This document shows, piece after piece, positions 51,298-60,089 of a DNA stretch of 64,000 nt. Made by a program: the position numbers and the translations under genes. Positions within the stretch are counted from its first letter, which is position 1. Every line of letters begins with the position of its first letter. The stretch is taken from the IMG/VR virus record IMGVR_UViG_3300027736_000021. The stretch is one strand, 5' to 3'. The notes beneath the pieces were generated by a model. It ran no database searches. It saw nothing but the letters and a program-made list of their open reading frames with translations, and was not told where the DNA came from. Source of the DNA: a virus.

Positions 51298-52497
51298 ATG
51301 AGTAGCAAAATTGAAATTCGTGAAAAGTTTAAAACATTATTAATTGCCACTGGCAAAAGCACCGTAACAAAATCTGAGATTAAAGATATTTGTTCAAAAT
51401 TGAACATATCTGGTGCTCAATGGTTTACTAAAGATATTGGTAACCGAGTTGGTCGTGGCTTGTATAAAGTACCAAATAGTTCCTCGGCACCTGTTGCTGA
51501 AATGATTGATTATAATGCACAGGTTATTCCAATGCCAAAACAAAATGAAGTGAAATCTGGTAATCGTATTTCAAATGTGGTCACCGACCTTGAAACCGAA
51601 AATTTAGTTCCTGCTGTATATAAAAATTATGTGCCGTTTGGTAACTTTGATGATTTACTTTCAATCATTGGTTCTAAAAAGTTTTACCCAATTTTTATTA
51701 CTGGTCATTCTGGTAATGGTAAAACAATGTCTGCTGAACAGGCATCTGCCAAACTAAAGCGTAAATTCGTTTGCGTATCAATGACACCTGAAACCGATGA
51801 ATCAGATTTACTTGGTAACTTTGTGTTGATTAATGGTCAGATGGAATGGCGAGATGGCCCGGTTACCGTAGCTGCTCGTCAAGGTGCCGTATTGTGTATT
51901 GATGAGATTGATTACGGTGCTCAGAATCTTTCCTGTTTACAGCGTGTGCTTGAAGGCAAACCATTCTTGTTGAAAAAGAAGAATGAGTTAGTTGTGCCTG
52001 CTGAAGGTTTCACAATCATTGCTACTGCCAATACTAAAGGTAAAGGTTCAGATGATGGTCGTTATATGTTCACCAATGTATTGAATGAGGCTTTCTTAGA
52101 AAGATTCCTTAATACCTATGAACAAGATTGGCCTCCTGTTAAGGTTGAACAGAAGATTATCAAAAAAGAATTAGAAGCAAACGGTAAAGCAGATGATGAG
52201 TTTGCTGAGAAATTGGTAACTTGGGCTGATGTGATTCGTAAAACCTTTGTAGAAGGCGGAGTTGACGAAGTGATTTCCACTCGCCGTTTGGTACATATCA
52301 GTAAGACCTATGGTGTGTTTGGTAATCGTATGAAGGCCATTGAGTTATGTTTGAATCGTTTTGATGATGACACCAAGATGTCTTTCCTTGACTTGTATTC
52401 TAAAGTGGATGCTGGTGCCAATACCGAAACATTGATGGCACAAACAGTTGATATTACATTACCTGAACAGCAACCATCAGGCGATATTCAAATCTAA
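51298..52497 (+). CDS. cobS: CobS/MoxR-like AAA+ ATPase
   Basis: GHSGNGKT, LCIDEID, TANTKGKGSDDGRY..LNEAFLERF, ISTRRL. Confidence 0.88.
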   Translation: MSSKIEIREKFKTLLIATGKSTVTKSEIKDICSKLNISGAQWFTKDIGNRVGRGLYKVPNSSSAPVAEMIDYNAQVIPMPKQNEVKSGNRISNVVTDLETENLVPAVYKNYVPFGNFDDLLSIIGSKKFYPIFITGHSGNGKTMSAEQASAKLKRKFVCVSMTPETDESDLLGNFVLINGQMEWRDGPVTVAARQGAVLCIDEIDYGAQNLSCLQRVLEGKPFLLKKKNELVVPAEGFTIIATANTKGKGSDDGRYMFTNVLNEAFLERFLNTYEQDWPPVKVEQKIIKKELEANGKADDEFAEKLVTWADVIRKTFVEGGVDEVISTRRLVHISKTYGVFGNRMKAIELCLNRFDDDTKMSFLDLYSKVDAGANTETLMAQTVDITLPEQQPSGDIQI

Positions 52498-52511
52498 TTA
52501 GAGGCAATAGT

Positions 52512-52562
52512 GAGTAAGTCTGCCGTAAAAAGCTTGACTTACTCTTTTTTGTATGTTAGTAT
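52512..52562 (+). terminator. terminator hairpin overlapping a sigma70-type promoter
   Basis: GAGTAAGTC/GACTTACTC stem plus T6; TTGACT(52534)-17-TAGTAT with TG. Confidence 0.65.
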
Positions 52563-52569
52563 TAACATA

Positions 52570-52615
52570 TCTTGAGAGTTGAACCACCTCTCGGATGTCC
52601 TGAAATCGTGGTTCA
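52570..52615 (+). ncRNA. H-type pseudoknot in 5' UTR (cis-regulatory candidate)
   Basis: S1 GAGAG/CTCTC (extendable by G-U), loop TGAACCAC pairs with GTGGTTCA at 52608-52615. Confidence 0.6.
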
Positions 52616-52639
52616 TTTTTTTAATTATGGAGTTTTACA

Positions 52640-52912
52640 ATGTCTGCAAAAGCAAAAGTATTGGCATATTTGTCAAAAGAAGGTTCTTATAACACGTTGA
52701 CCGCACAGAAAATGCAATCTGTATTTGGTGTAGCAAATCCTTCCGCTACTATCAATGAATTGCGTAACGAAGGTCATACAATCTATTTGAACAGCCGTAT
52801 CAATAGCAATGGCGATAAAGTATCTTTCTATCGCTTAGGTTCACCAACCAAGCGTATCGTTGCTGCTGGTATCGCTGCTCTCCGTTCACAAGGTGAACGT
52901 GCATTTGCCTAA
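52640..52912 (+). CDS. winged helix-turn-helix protein
   Basis: KVLAYL..LTAQ..FGVANPSATINELRNEGHTIY..YRLG. Confidence 0.7.
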   Translation: MSAKAKVLAYLSKEGSYNTLTAQKMQSVFGVANPSATINELRNEGHTIYLNSRINSNGDKVSFYRLGSPTKRIVAAGIAALRSQGERAFA

Positions 52913-52933
52913 TTTAAGTTAGGTTCACTAGTT

Positions 52934-52969
52934 GAGGAGAGATATATAATAGTATCTCTCCTCTTTTTT
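52934..52969 (+). terminator. intrinsic terminator
   Basis: GAGGAGAGATA/TATCTCTCCTC stem plus T run. Confidence 0.8.
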
Positions 52970-52985
52970 ATTTTATGGATACATT

Positions 52986-53801
52986 ATGGAAATTCAAGTT
53001 AACATTGAAGAATTAAAAAAACATAAACTGTTTATTGCTACTCCAATGTATGGCGGCATGGCTCACGGTTTATACATCAAGTCTTGCCTAGATTTACAAA
53101 CTACATTTAACCAATACGGAATTGAAACTAAGTTTTCTTTCCTGTTTAATGAATCACTTATCACAAGAGCTCGTAACTACCTAGTTGATGAGTTTCTGCG
53201 TTCAGATTACACACACATGATGTTCATTGATTCGGACATCCACTTCTCACCAAAAGATGTTATCGCCTTACTAGCATTAGATAAAGATGTTATTGGTGGT
53301 CCCTATCCTAAGAAATCTATTAATTGGGGTAATGTTGCTCATGCAGCTAGAAACCATCCAGATTTAGAACCTCGTGAACTTGAAAACTTAGTTGGCGAAT
53401 ATGTATTCAATGTTGTAAAAGGTACATCATCATTTCAAGTATCAGAACCATTAAATGTTTTAGAAATCGGTACTGGTCATATGATGATTAAGCGTCATGT
53501 ATTTGATAAGATGAAAGATGCTTATCCGATGATTCACTACAAACCAGACCATGTTGGTCAAGCTAACTTTGATGGCACTCGTTACATTCATGCCTTCTTT
53601 GATACAGTTATTGATACCAAAGATTCAATTACTGGTGGTGGTTCTGACCGCTATCTAAGTGAAGATTATATGTTCTGTCAAATGTGGCGTAAGCTTGGTG
53701 GTGAAATTTATTTGTGTCCTTGGATGAGAACACAACATATTGGTACATATGCGTTTACTGGTAATATGCCAGCTGTTGCACAATATACTGGTAAGCTATG
53801 A
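52986..53801 (+). CDS. GT-A fold glycosyltransferase-like protein
   Basis: IATPMYGG, ESLITRARN, FIDSDI (DxD), GTGHMMIKR, LSEDYMFC. Confidence 0.75.
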   Translation: MEIQVNIEELKKHKLFIATPMYGGMAHGLYIKSCLDLQTTFNQYGIETKFSFLFNESLITRARNYLVDEFLRSDYTHMMFIDSDIHFSPKDVIALLALDKDVIGGPYPKKSINWGNVAHAARNHPDLEPRELENLVGEYVFNVVKGTSSFQVSEPLNVLEIGTGHMMIKRHVFDKMKDAYPMIHYKPDHVGQANFDGTRYIHAFFDTVIDTKDSITGGGSDRYLSEDYMFCQMWRKLGGEIYLCPWMRTQHIGTYAFTGNMPAVAQYTGKL

Positions 53802-54130
53802 CAAGTAAAGCAGTAAAAGAATCACAAACAGCCACAACAGGTGGTCGCAAGTTTGATGGTGGTAAACTACAATATGGTTTACTACCACCACTTGCACTAA
53901 AAGCCACAGTTGAAATTCTTACATTTGGTGCTGAGAAATATGAACCTGATAATTGGAAATATGTGCCAGATTCCAAACGCAGGTACTTTGATGCCATGCA
54001 AAGACATATGTGGGCATGGAAAGAAGGCGAAGCAAATGATCCTGAATCTGGTAAGCATCACTTAGCTCATGCGATGTGTTGCCTTATGTTTCTTTATGAA
54101 CACGATGTTGAATATTCGCCTGACAAATAA
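53798..54130 (+). CDS. DUF5664-like dATP/dGTP diphosphohydrolase domain protein
   Basis: GRKFDGGK..FGAEKYEPDNW..DAMQRH..DPESGKHHLAHAMCCLMFL. Confidence 0.8.
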   Translation: MTSKAVKESQTATTGGRKFDGGKLQYGLLPPLALKATVEILTFGAEKYEPDNWKYVPDSKRRYFDAMQRHMWAWKEGEANDPESGKHHLAHAMCCLMFLYEHDVEYSPDK

Positions 54131-54148
54131 TTTTAGATGTAGTATAAT
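54120..54148 (+). promoter_or_regulatory. sigma70-type promoter for gp45
   Basis: CTGACA-17-TATAAT. Confidence 0.6.
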
Positions 54149-54177
54149 GAAGTTTCAATTACAATATGGAGTATGTT

Positions 54178-54861
54178 ATGCAATTATCAAATGATACAAT
54201 CAATGTATTGAAGAACTTTGGTGCAATCAACCAAGGTATTCTTTTCAAAAAAGGCAAGGTGTTAAAGACCATGTCCTCTGGCAAGAACATTCTTGCTGAA
54301 GTAACAATCAAAGAAGATATTCCAACTGAGTTTGGTATCTATGACTTGAACAAGTTTCTATCGGTAGTTTCGTTACACAAAGACAACCCAACATTTGAAT
54401 TCGGTGATAAAGAAGTGAAGATTGTTGGTAACAAAGGTCGCAGTAAAATGAAGTATCGCTTTTGTGAGCCAACAATGATTGTTACTCCACCTGAGAAACA
54501 ATTGGCGATGCCTAATCCTGAAGTGTCGTTTTCTTTATCTGCTGAAGATTTTGATTGGATAATGAAAGCTGCTGGTGTTCTTGGTTCACCACAAATTGCA
54601 GTTGAATCGGATGGTTCTAAAGTTACAGTTACAGCATTTGATTCTTCTGATAGTTCGGCTCATACCGATGCACTTGAAGTTTCTGCTGGTAATGGTGACA
54701 AGTTCCGTTTCATCTTTAAAACAGAGCATCTCACTAAGTTATTTGGTGGTGCCTATGATGTGCAAATCTCATCAAAGGGTATCTCTAACTTCAAACATAA
54801 AACAGTAGAGTTGCAATACTGGATTTCTACTGAAACAGGTTCAACCTTTACGAAGGGTTAA
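54178..54861 (+). CDS. gp45: sliding clamp gp45
   Basis: LSNDTINVLKNFGAINQ..FGIYDLNKFL..YWISTE. Confidence 0.94.
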   Translation: MQLSNDTINVLKNFGAINQGILFKKGKVLKTMSSGKNILAEVTIKEDIPTEFGIYDLNKFLSVVSLHKDNPTFEFGDKEVKIVGNKGRSKMKYRFCEPTMIVTPPEKQLAMPNPEVSFSLSAEDFDWIMKAAGVLGSPQIAVESDGSKVTVTAFDSSDSSAHTDALEVSAGNGDKFRFIFKTEHLTKLFGGAYDVQISSKGISNFKHKTVELQYWISTETGSTFTKG

Positions 54862-55007
54862 TGTGAAGGCAAAAGTGATTGTGTATGCTGGTTTTGAATA
54901 AAAACCAGCATATATAATAGTAGAGATAAAAGTTTTATCTCATTTTAAAACCACACAGTTTAGGTATGGGATTTCCATCCACCTGTGTTTAATTAAGGAA
55001 ATTTAAT

Positions 55008-56024
55008 ATGTCAAGCCCAAAACTCGACCCGTCAGCGGTCACATTCGGTAAACTCAGTTCTATTGGAACAAAGTTCATCAACCGACAAATCATCAGTTTC
55101 GATGATATCTATATCCCACCTATGAAAGGTGATAAGACTAATTCTGCTAGACGAAAGGGAAAAAGTCCATTTCACATCCAAAACTTAGCAAGTTCTTTAA
55201 AACAAGGTATTGATTATTCAAAAATGCCACCTGTTGTTCAGAGGTCAGCAAAACAAGTTAATGGTAAAATCTATCAATGGGAGTTAGTAACAGGAAATCA
55301 TCGTCTTGAAGCTTTACGATTCAACGATTGTAAAGAATGGATTTTTGATGTTTACGATTTCTCCAGTTCCGATATGTTCTCAACTAAAGATGCTATTTCA
55401 ACCTTTCAATTGCGTGAGAATAACTTTGCACCAGAATTGCCATCAACTGGAGATGATGTTATTAATGTCATCAGAAATTTGATTCAAGAAGGTTCATTAA
55501 TGATTAGTCCTGATGAAGAAAGTATTAAGGACTATGTTGATAATGTTTGCACGAATATGCACGGTAATACAAGAAACAAAGTTGTAGCACAAGTGATTCG
55601 TGTATTGAAGAACTCAGGTCAAAAAGTGCATCAAGAATTTGTTACCTACACCGCACAAGATGTTACAGACTTTATTAAAGGTGAAAAACTAGACATCGTA
55701 GTTGGTGGTAACTTTGACCACAAGCGTAAAGAATTTGGTTGGTCTGTATTAGAAGGATATCCACATGAGTTCGTTTTAAATGCAGCTAAGAAATTTGTTG
55801 AAACTGGTAACAAATCTTACTTCACTTTTCACACATATCGTCCTTTAGATAATCAAACGGTAAAAGATAAGCGTGATAAGATGTTATCACATTTGAGTTC
55901 TGTTGAAGAAAGTTTGGTGAAAGCTGTTGAATATTACCAAAAGAATGGTGTTTTTCCTTGGCGAGTTAATGGTTATTTACCACAAGATGTTTCTAATGGT
56001 GAGAAGTCTTACATTAATACCTAA
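55008..56024 (+). CDS. ParB/Srx-like N-terminal domain protein
   Basis: LASSLKQG..PPVV..WELVTGNHRLEAL..EN motif. Confidence 0.6.
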   Translation: MSSPKLDPSAVTFGKLSSIGTKFINRQIISFDDIYIPPMKGDKTNSARRKGKSPFHIQNLASSLKQGIDYSKMPPVVQRSAKQVNGKIYQWELVTGNHRLEALRFNDCKEWIFDVYDFSSSDMFSTKDAISTFQLRENNFAPELPSTGDDVINVIRNLIQEGSLMISPDEESIKDYVDNVCTNMHGNTRNKVVAQVIRVLKNSGQKVHQEFVTYTAQDVTDFIKGEKLDIVVGGNFDHKRKEFGWSVLEGYPHEFVLNAAKKFVETGNKSYFTFHTYRPLDNQTVKDKRDKMLSHLSSVEESLVKAVEYYQKNGVFPWRVNGYLPQDVSNGEKSYINT

Positions 56025-56035
56025 GTTGTTGTGAT

Positions 56036-56069
56036 TAACATAACCTGCTTTTCGGAGTGGGTTATGTTA
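56036..56069 (+). terminator. hairpin after the ParB-like gene
   Basis: TAACATAACC..TTCG..GGTTATGTTA stem; no strong U tail. Confidence 0.5.
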
Positions 56070-56099
56070 TAATGAATTATTATATTATGAGGTGTGTGA

Positions 56100-57035
56100 A
56101 TGGAACATTTATTATGGACAGAAAAGTATCGTCCTAAAAAGATTGATGATTGTATTCTTCCTGAGCGGTTAAAGAAGCCGTTTCAGGAATATGTTAATCA
56201 AAGTAATATACCCAATCTTCTTTTATCTGGTGGTGCAGGCGTAGGTAAAACTACTGTTGCAAAAGCCATGTGTGAAGAAATTGGTTGTGATGTGATGGTC
56301 ATCAATGGTTCAGATGAAGGTCGTTTGATTGATACCTTTAGAACCAAAATCAAAAACTTTGCTTCGTCTATGTCGCTTGCAGGCGGCAGAAAAGTTGTTA
56401 TCATTGATGAAGCAGATTACTGTAATGCCGAATCAGTTCAACCTGCCCTAAGAAACTTCATTGAAGAATTTGCAGGCAACTGTTCGTTTATCTTTACTTG
56501 TAATTACAAAAACAAACTGATTGATCCTCTCCATAGTCGGTGTGCAGTTATTGACTTTGCACTAAAGAATGGTGAGAAGGCACAGATGGCCTCTGCGTTT
56601 ATGAAGCGAGTTCAGTCGGTTTTGCAAAGTGAAAATGTTGAGTATGATGACAAGGTAGTTGCAGAATTAATCAAGAAACACTTTCCAGATTTTCGCCGTG
56701 TGATAAATGAGTTGCAACGCTATTCGCAACTTGGTAAGATTGACATTGGCATCCTATCTCAAATCTCCGATGTAACGATTAATGATATCATTAAATATAT
56801 CAAAGAGAAAGACTTTGGTGCAATTCGTAAATGGGTTGCAAGTAATGATATAGATGCTACAGCATTCTATCGTAAACTATATGATAATCTGTATGAGGTT
56901 CTAAAGCCTCAATCTATTCCTCAGGCTGTTTTAATTCTCGCTGACTATCAATACAAAGGTGCGTTTGTTGCTGACCAAGAAATCAACACAGTTGCTTGCT
57001 TGACAGAGTTGATGGTTGGGTGTGAATTCAAATGA
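56100..57035 (+). CDS. gp44: clamp loader large subunit gp44
   Basis: LWTEKYRP, GGAGVGKT, IIDEAD, SRC motif. Confidence 0.96.
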   Translation: MEHLLWTEKYRPKKIDDCILPERLKKPFQEYVNQSNIPNLLLSGGAGVGKTTVAKAMCEEIGCDVMVINGSDEGRLIDTFRTKIKNFASSMSLAGGRKVVIIDEADYCNAESVQPALRNFIEEFAGNCSFIFTCNYKNKLIDPLHSRCAVIDFALKNGEKAQMASAFMKRVQSVLQSENVEYDDKVVAELIKKHFPDFRRVINELQRYSQLGKIDIGILSQISDVTINDIIKYIKEKDFGAIRKWVASNDIDATAFYRKLYDNLYEVLKPQSIPQAVLILADYQYKGAFVADQEINTVACLTELMVGCEFK

Positions 57036-57319
57036 ATGATTTAGTTTATAACATTTTTAAATGGATACATGATGATTGGAAATCCCACCCTTTACGCTTT
57101 ATCGTTGAACTCTTGGCATGGGCAATTTCTATTGGTTGCTCTATCACAATGGCTCTCACCGTACCTCACCCACCGCTACTTCTTTTATATCCAATTTGGA
57201 TTCTCGGTTGTAGTTTGTATTTGTGGGCTGCTTTTACTCGCAAATCTTTTGGGATGGTCGCTAATTACCTTCTACTTACTGCTATTGATACAGTCGGCTT
57301 AGTGAGAATGTTAACATGA
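57032..57319 (+). CDS. small multi-pass membrane protein
   Basis: About three hydrophobic segments; ATGA overlaps at both ends. Confidence 0.65.
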   Translation: MNDLVYNIFKWIHDDWKSHPLRFIVELLAWAISIGCSITMALTVPHPPLLLLYPIWILGCSLYLWAAFTRKSFGMVANYLLLTAIDTVGLVRMLT

Positions 57320-57693
57320 GTAACCCATTTGATTATGTAAATGCCATTCTTCAAAACAAGAAACAATTAATCGTTGATGATATTACAGAGAAAGGTTATA
57401 TACCATTTATGGTCAACCGTTCTTTGTCGTATCATAAAGACTGTATAATCTATGCGAATGAGATGAATCAAAGGCACCACCTTGGAAAGAGGCTTCAGAA
57501 TGACTTCCTTATAAATACTGTGAGGTCTCAAAAAAGACCATTCGCCAAGTGGGTTAAGTCTGAGAAAAGTGAAGATATAGAATGTGTGAAGTTAGTCTAT
57601 GGACTATCAGATTCCAAAGCTCGTGAAGCTCTACGCCTACTTAGTGATGAACAAATCCAACAATTAAAAGAAAAAACCGATACGGGTGGATAA
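57316..57693 (+). CDS. gp62: clamp loader small subunit gp62
   Basis: PFDYVNAI..YIPFMVNRSLS..ANEMN..RPFAKWVK. Confidence 0.92.
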   Translation: MSNPFDYVNAILQNKKQLIVDDITEKGYIPFMVNRSLSYHKDCIIYANEMNQRHHLGKRLQNDFLINTVRSQKRPFAKWVKSEKSEDIECVKLVYGLSDSKAREALRLLSDEQIQQLKEKTDTGG

Positions 57694-57698
57694 ACATC

Positions 57699-58106
57699 AT
57701 GGTAGATTTAAGTAAGTTCGTTGAAGTAACTCTCAACGAGCAGGATGATTTTTTGAAAGTTCGTGAAACGCTAACACGAATTGGTGTGTCATCTAGGAAA
57801 GAAAGAATTCTGTATCAGTCTTGCCATATTTTACATAAGCAAGGCCAGTATTATATCGTGCATTTCAAAGAGTTGTTTGCTCTTGACGGCAAACCATCTA
57901 ACATTTCTGAAAATGATATTCAAAGACGAAACGCAATTGCAAAGTTGTTAGAAGAATGGGGTCTAGTTACAATTCTTAATCCACAAATTATGATTGACAA
58001 CATTGCACCACTTCACCAAATTAAAATCATTTCATTCAAAGAGAAACACGAATGGGAATTGGTAACAAAATACAATATTGGTAAAAAGCCAGACCAGAAT
58101 TATTAA
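57699..58106 (+). CDS. regA: translational repressor RegA
   Basis: DDFLKVRETLTRIGV..LYQSCHILHKQGQYYIVHFKELFALDGK. Confidence 0.97.
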   Translation: MVDLSKFVEVTLNEQDDFLKVRETLTRIGVSSRKERILYQSCHILHKQGQYYIVHFKELFALDGKPSNISENDIQRRNAIAKLLEEWGLVTILNPQIMIDNIAPLHQIKIISFKEKHEWELVTKYNIGKKPDQNY

Positions 58107-58190
58107 GCTTCACCTTAGGACCGACTTATGGTACGAAGCGTTTTAAAGCGGACTTGACGATACGAAATCGCTGGATCCCGTAACCAGCAA
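58107..58190 (+). ncRNA. candidate structured RNA after regA
   Basis: GC-rich island with four adjacent stem-loops. Confidence 0.45.
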
Positions 58191-58211
58191 AGCAAGGCAA
58201 GTATGGCATTA

Positions 58212-58243
58212 TTGCCACATTTGTCCTCTCCTCATGTTATAAT
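58212..58243 (+). promoter_or_regulatory. TTGCCWCR-N18 class promoter
   Basis: TTGCCACA-18-TATAAT with TG. Confidence 0.55.
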
Positions 58244-58252
58244 GGTAGTATT

Positions 58253-59212
58253 ATGAAAATAGCTGTATGTTCCGACCTTCACCTTGAATTCAAAACAATC
58301 ACACTCACTAATGATGAGGGTGCTGATGTATTGATTCTTTCAGGTGACATTTGTGTTGCAAAAGATTTATTAGATGTGGATAGTGCTGACTTGAAATATG
58401 GTCATGCTGGTAAAGGCTCTGAAAGAAGCCGCCGTATCCATGATTTCTTTTATAATTGTTGCGATAACTTTCCTCATGTGGTTTATGTTGTGGGTAACCA
58501 CGAACACTATCATGGTGATTTCAAAGATACAATTCCACATTTGAAGAAGATGTTAAAGTATTTGCCAAACTTGCAAATTTTGGACAAAGAAGTTTGGACA
58601 TTACATGATGAAGTTACATTCATTGGTGGTACTTTGTGGACTGATATGAACAAGGAAGACCCTTTGACATTATTCCACATTCAACAACGAATGAATGACT
58701 TCCGTTGTGTTGACAATTCTAATCGTATGGTATCTCGTAAAGTTCCAATCTACGAAGAAAATCCTTTATATACAGAAGATGGTAAAAATGGTGGTAAGTA
58801 TATTCAGGATGAAAAAGGTAATTTGATTCCTAATGGATTTAAACACAAAGAAAGTCCTTCTCGTTTTTGTCCTGAAGATGCTGTGAAAGACCATCGTAAA
58901 ATGCTAGGTTACATCAAAGCTGTAACAGAGGGTATTCACGATAAGAAGTTTGTTGTGGTTGGTCATCATACACCAAGTCCTTTTAGTATTCATCCAAAGT
59001 ATGCACACGATAAGTTGATGAACGGTGGTTATCATTCTGATTTGATTGACTTCATCTTAGAACGACCACAGATTAAACTGTGGACACATGGACATACACA
59101 TGAAGAATTTGATTATATGATTGGTAGCACAAGAGTGGTTTGTAATCCTCGTGGGTATGCTGACTACGAAGAAATTGCAGACAATTTTAAACTGAAGTAT
59201 TGGGAGATATAA
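58253..59212 (+). CDS. calcineurin-like metallophosphoesterase
   Basis: SDLHLE, LSGDI, GNHEHY, HHTP, HGHTH. Confidence 0.88.
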   Translation: MKIAVCSDLHLEFKTITLTNDEGADVLILSGDICVAKDLLDVDSADLKYGHAGKGSERSRRIHDFFYNCCDNFPHVVYVVGNHEHYHGDFKDTIPHLKKMLKYLPNLQILDKEVWTLHDEVTFIGGTLWTDMNKEDPLTLFHIQQRMNDFRCVDNSNRMVSRKVPIYEENPLYTEDGKNGGKYIQDEKGNLIPNGFKHKESPSRFCPEDAVKDHRKMLGYIKAVTEGIHDKKFVVVGHHTPSPFSIHPKYAHDKLMNGGYHSDLIDFILERPQIKLWTHGHTHEEFDYMIGSTRVVCNPRGYADYEEIADNFKLKYWEI

Positions 59213-59388
59213 TGGTAAAAACTAACGGAGCATTTAAGTTAAGCAAAGAAACAAAACGCATTTTGGCCTCCATGCCACAAGATAGGGCAGGAGATTATAA
59301 ACGAATGATGATTGATGCTGAAGTTTCTGAAGCAAAAGCAAAGTTAGCAAAGATTAAAACTGGTAAGAATGAAGCGAAAGTGGATTGA
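59212..59388 (+). CDS. hypothetical protein
   Basis: GGAG SD; FKLSKETKRILA motif. Confidence 0.55.
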   Translation: MVKTNGAFKLSKETKRILASMPQDRAGDYKRMMIDAEVSEAKAKLAKIKTGKNEAKVD

Positions 59389-59797
59389 TGCCTTTATGGA
59401 TACAGCTGAGAGATTTGCTCAGTTGTCATCTGCAAAGAGATTGAAAGTTGGTGCAGTTGTTGTTAAAGACAATCGTATCATTTCAATTGGGTATAATGGT
59501 ATGCCATCTGGTTGGACAAATGATTGTGAGGATGTAATCCAACATTCGGATGACACTACCAGTTTAACTACAAAAGATGAAGTGATACACGCTGAGTCCA
59601 ATGCTATCGTTAAACTGGCTCGTGATGGAGAGTCTGGAATTAATTCTACCATGTTCTGCACTCATGCACCATGTATTCATTGTGCTAAATTAATTTATGG
59701 TGCAGGTATCAATAGAGTTTATTACCGTGATACTTACCGTGATACTAATGGCATTGATTTTTTAAACAAATGTAATATAGAAGTGGAACAAATATGA
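59369..59797 (+). CDS. cd: dCMP deaminase
   Basis: VGAVVV..GYNG..HAESNA..PCIHC zinc motifs. Confidence 0.9.
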   Translation: MKRKWIDAFMDTAERFAQLSSAKRLKVGAVVVKDNRIISIGYNGMPSGWTNDCEDVIQHSDDTTSLTTKDEVIHAESNAIVKLARDGESGINSTMFCTHAPCIHCAKLIYGAGINRVYYRDTYRDTNGIDFLNKCNIEVEQI

Positions 59798-59967
59798 AAT
59801 CATACACCAGTAAGGTATTAGAAATTTGTGATAATGGTGATGCTATCGTTGAATTGCCTGATAAACTTATGGAAGAATTGGGTTGGAAAGTAGGCGATAA
59901 TTTAAAATATGAAGAAAAAGATGGAAAAATCTTTATTAAGAACATAAGTATAAATGATACAGATTGA
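59794..59967 (+). CDS. AbrB/MazE-like small protein, 57 aa (not in ORF track)
   Basis: GDAIVELPDKLMEELGWKVGDNLKYEEKDGKIFI swapped-hairpin pattern. Confidence 0.6.
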   Translation: MKSYTSKVLEICDNGDAIVELPDKLMEELGWKVGDNLKYEEKDGKIFIKNISINDTD

Positions 59968-60088
59968 TATGGATAACCGGGAATTAATCCGGTTCTTAAA
60001 TCATGTTAAGTGTTGGTTGCCAAATTCTCATACTCAATTGAGAGCTGAGATTGAAGCATTAATTTTAAGATTGAAACAAGGACTATGA
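59954..60088 (+). CDS. small hypothetical protein, 44 aa
   Basis: Fills the gap between neighbours; MIQIDMDNRELIRFLNHVKCWLP.. Confidence 0.4.
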   Translation: MIQIDMDNRELIRFLNHVKCWLPNSHTQLRAEIEALILRLKQGL

Positions 60089-60089
60089 T

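Noticed and set aside
48855-52497. Cobalamin biosynthesis (cobaltochelatase) role for the CobT/CobS-like pair
   Set aside because: No CobN in the window; a generic vWA plus MoxR AAA+ chaperone pair is the simpler reading
58153-58167. Hammerhead ribozyme core (TTGACGA-TAC-GAAA)
   Set aside because: C3 is missing, there is no stem II and I could not build stems I and III
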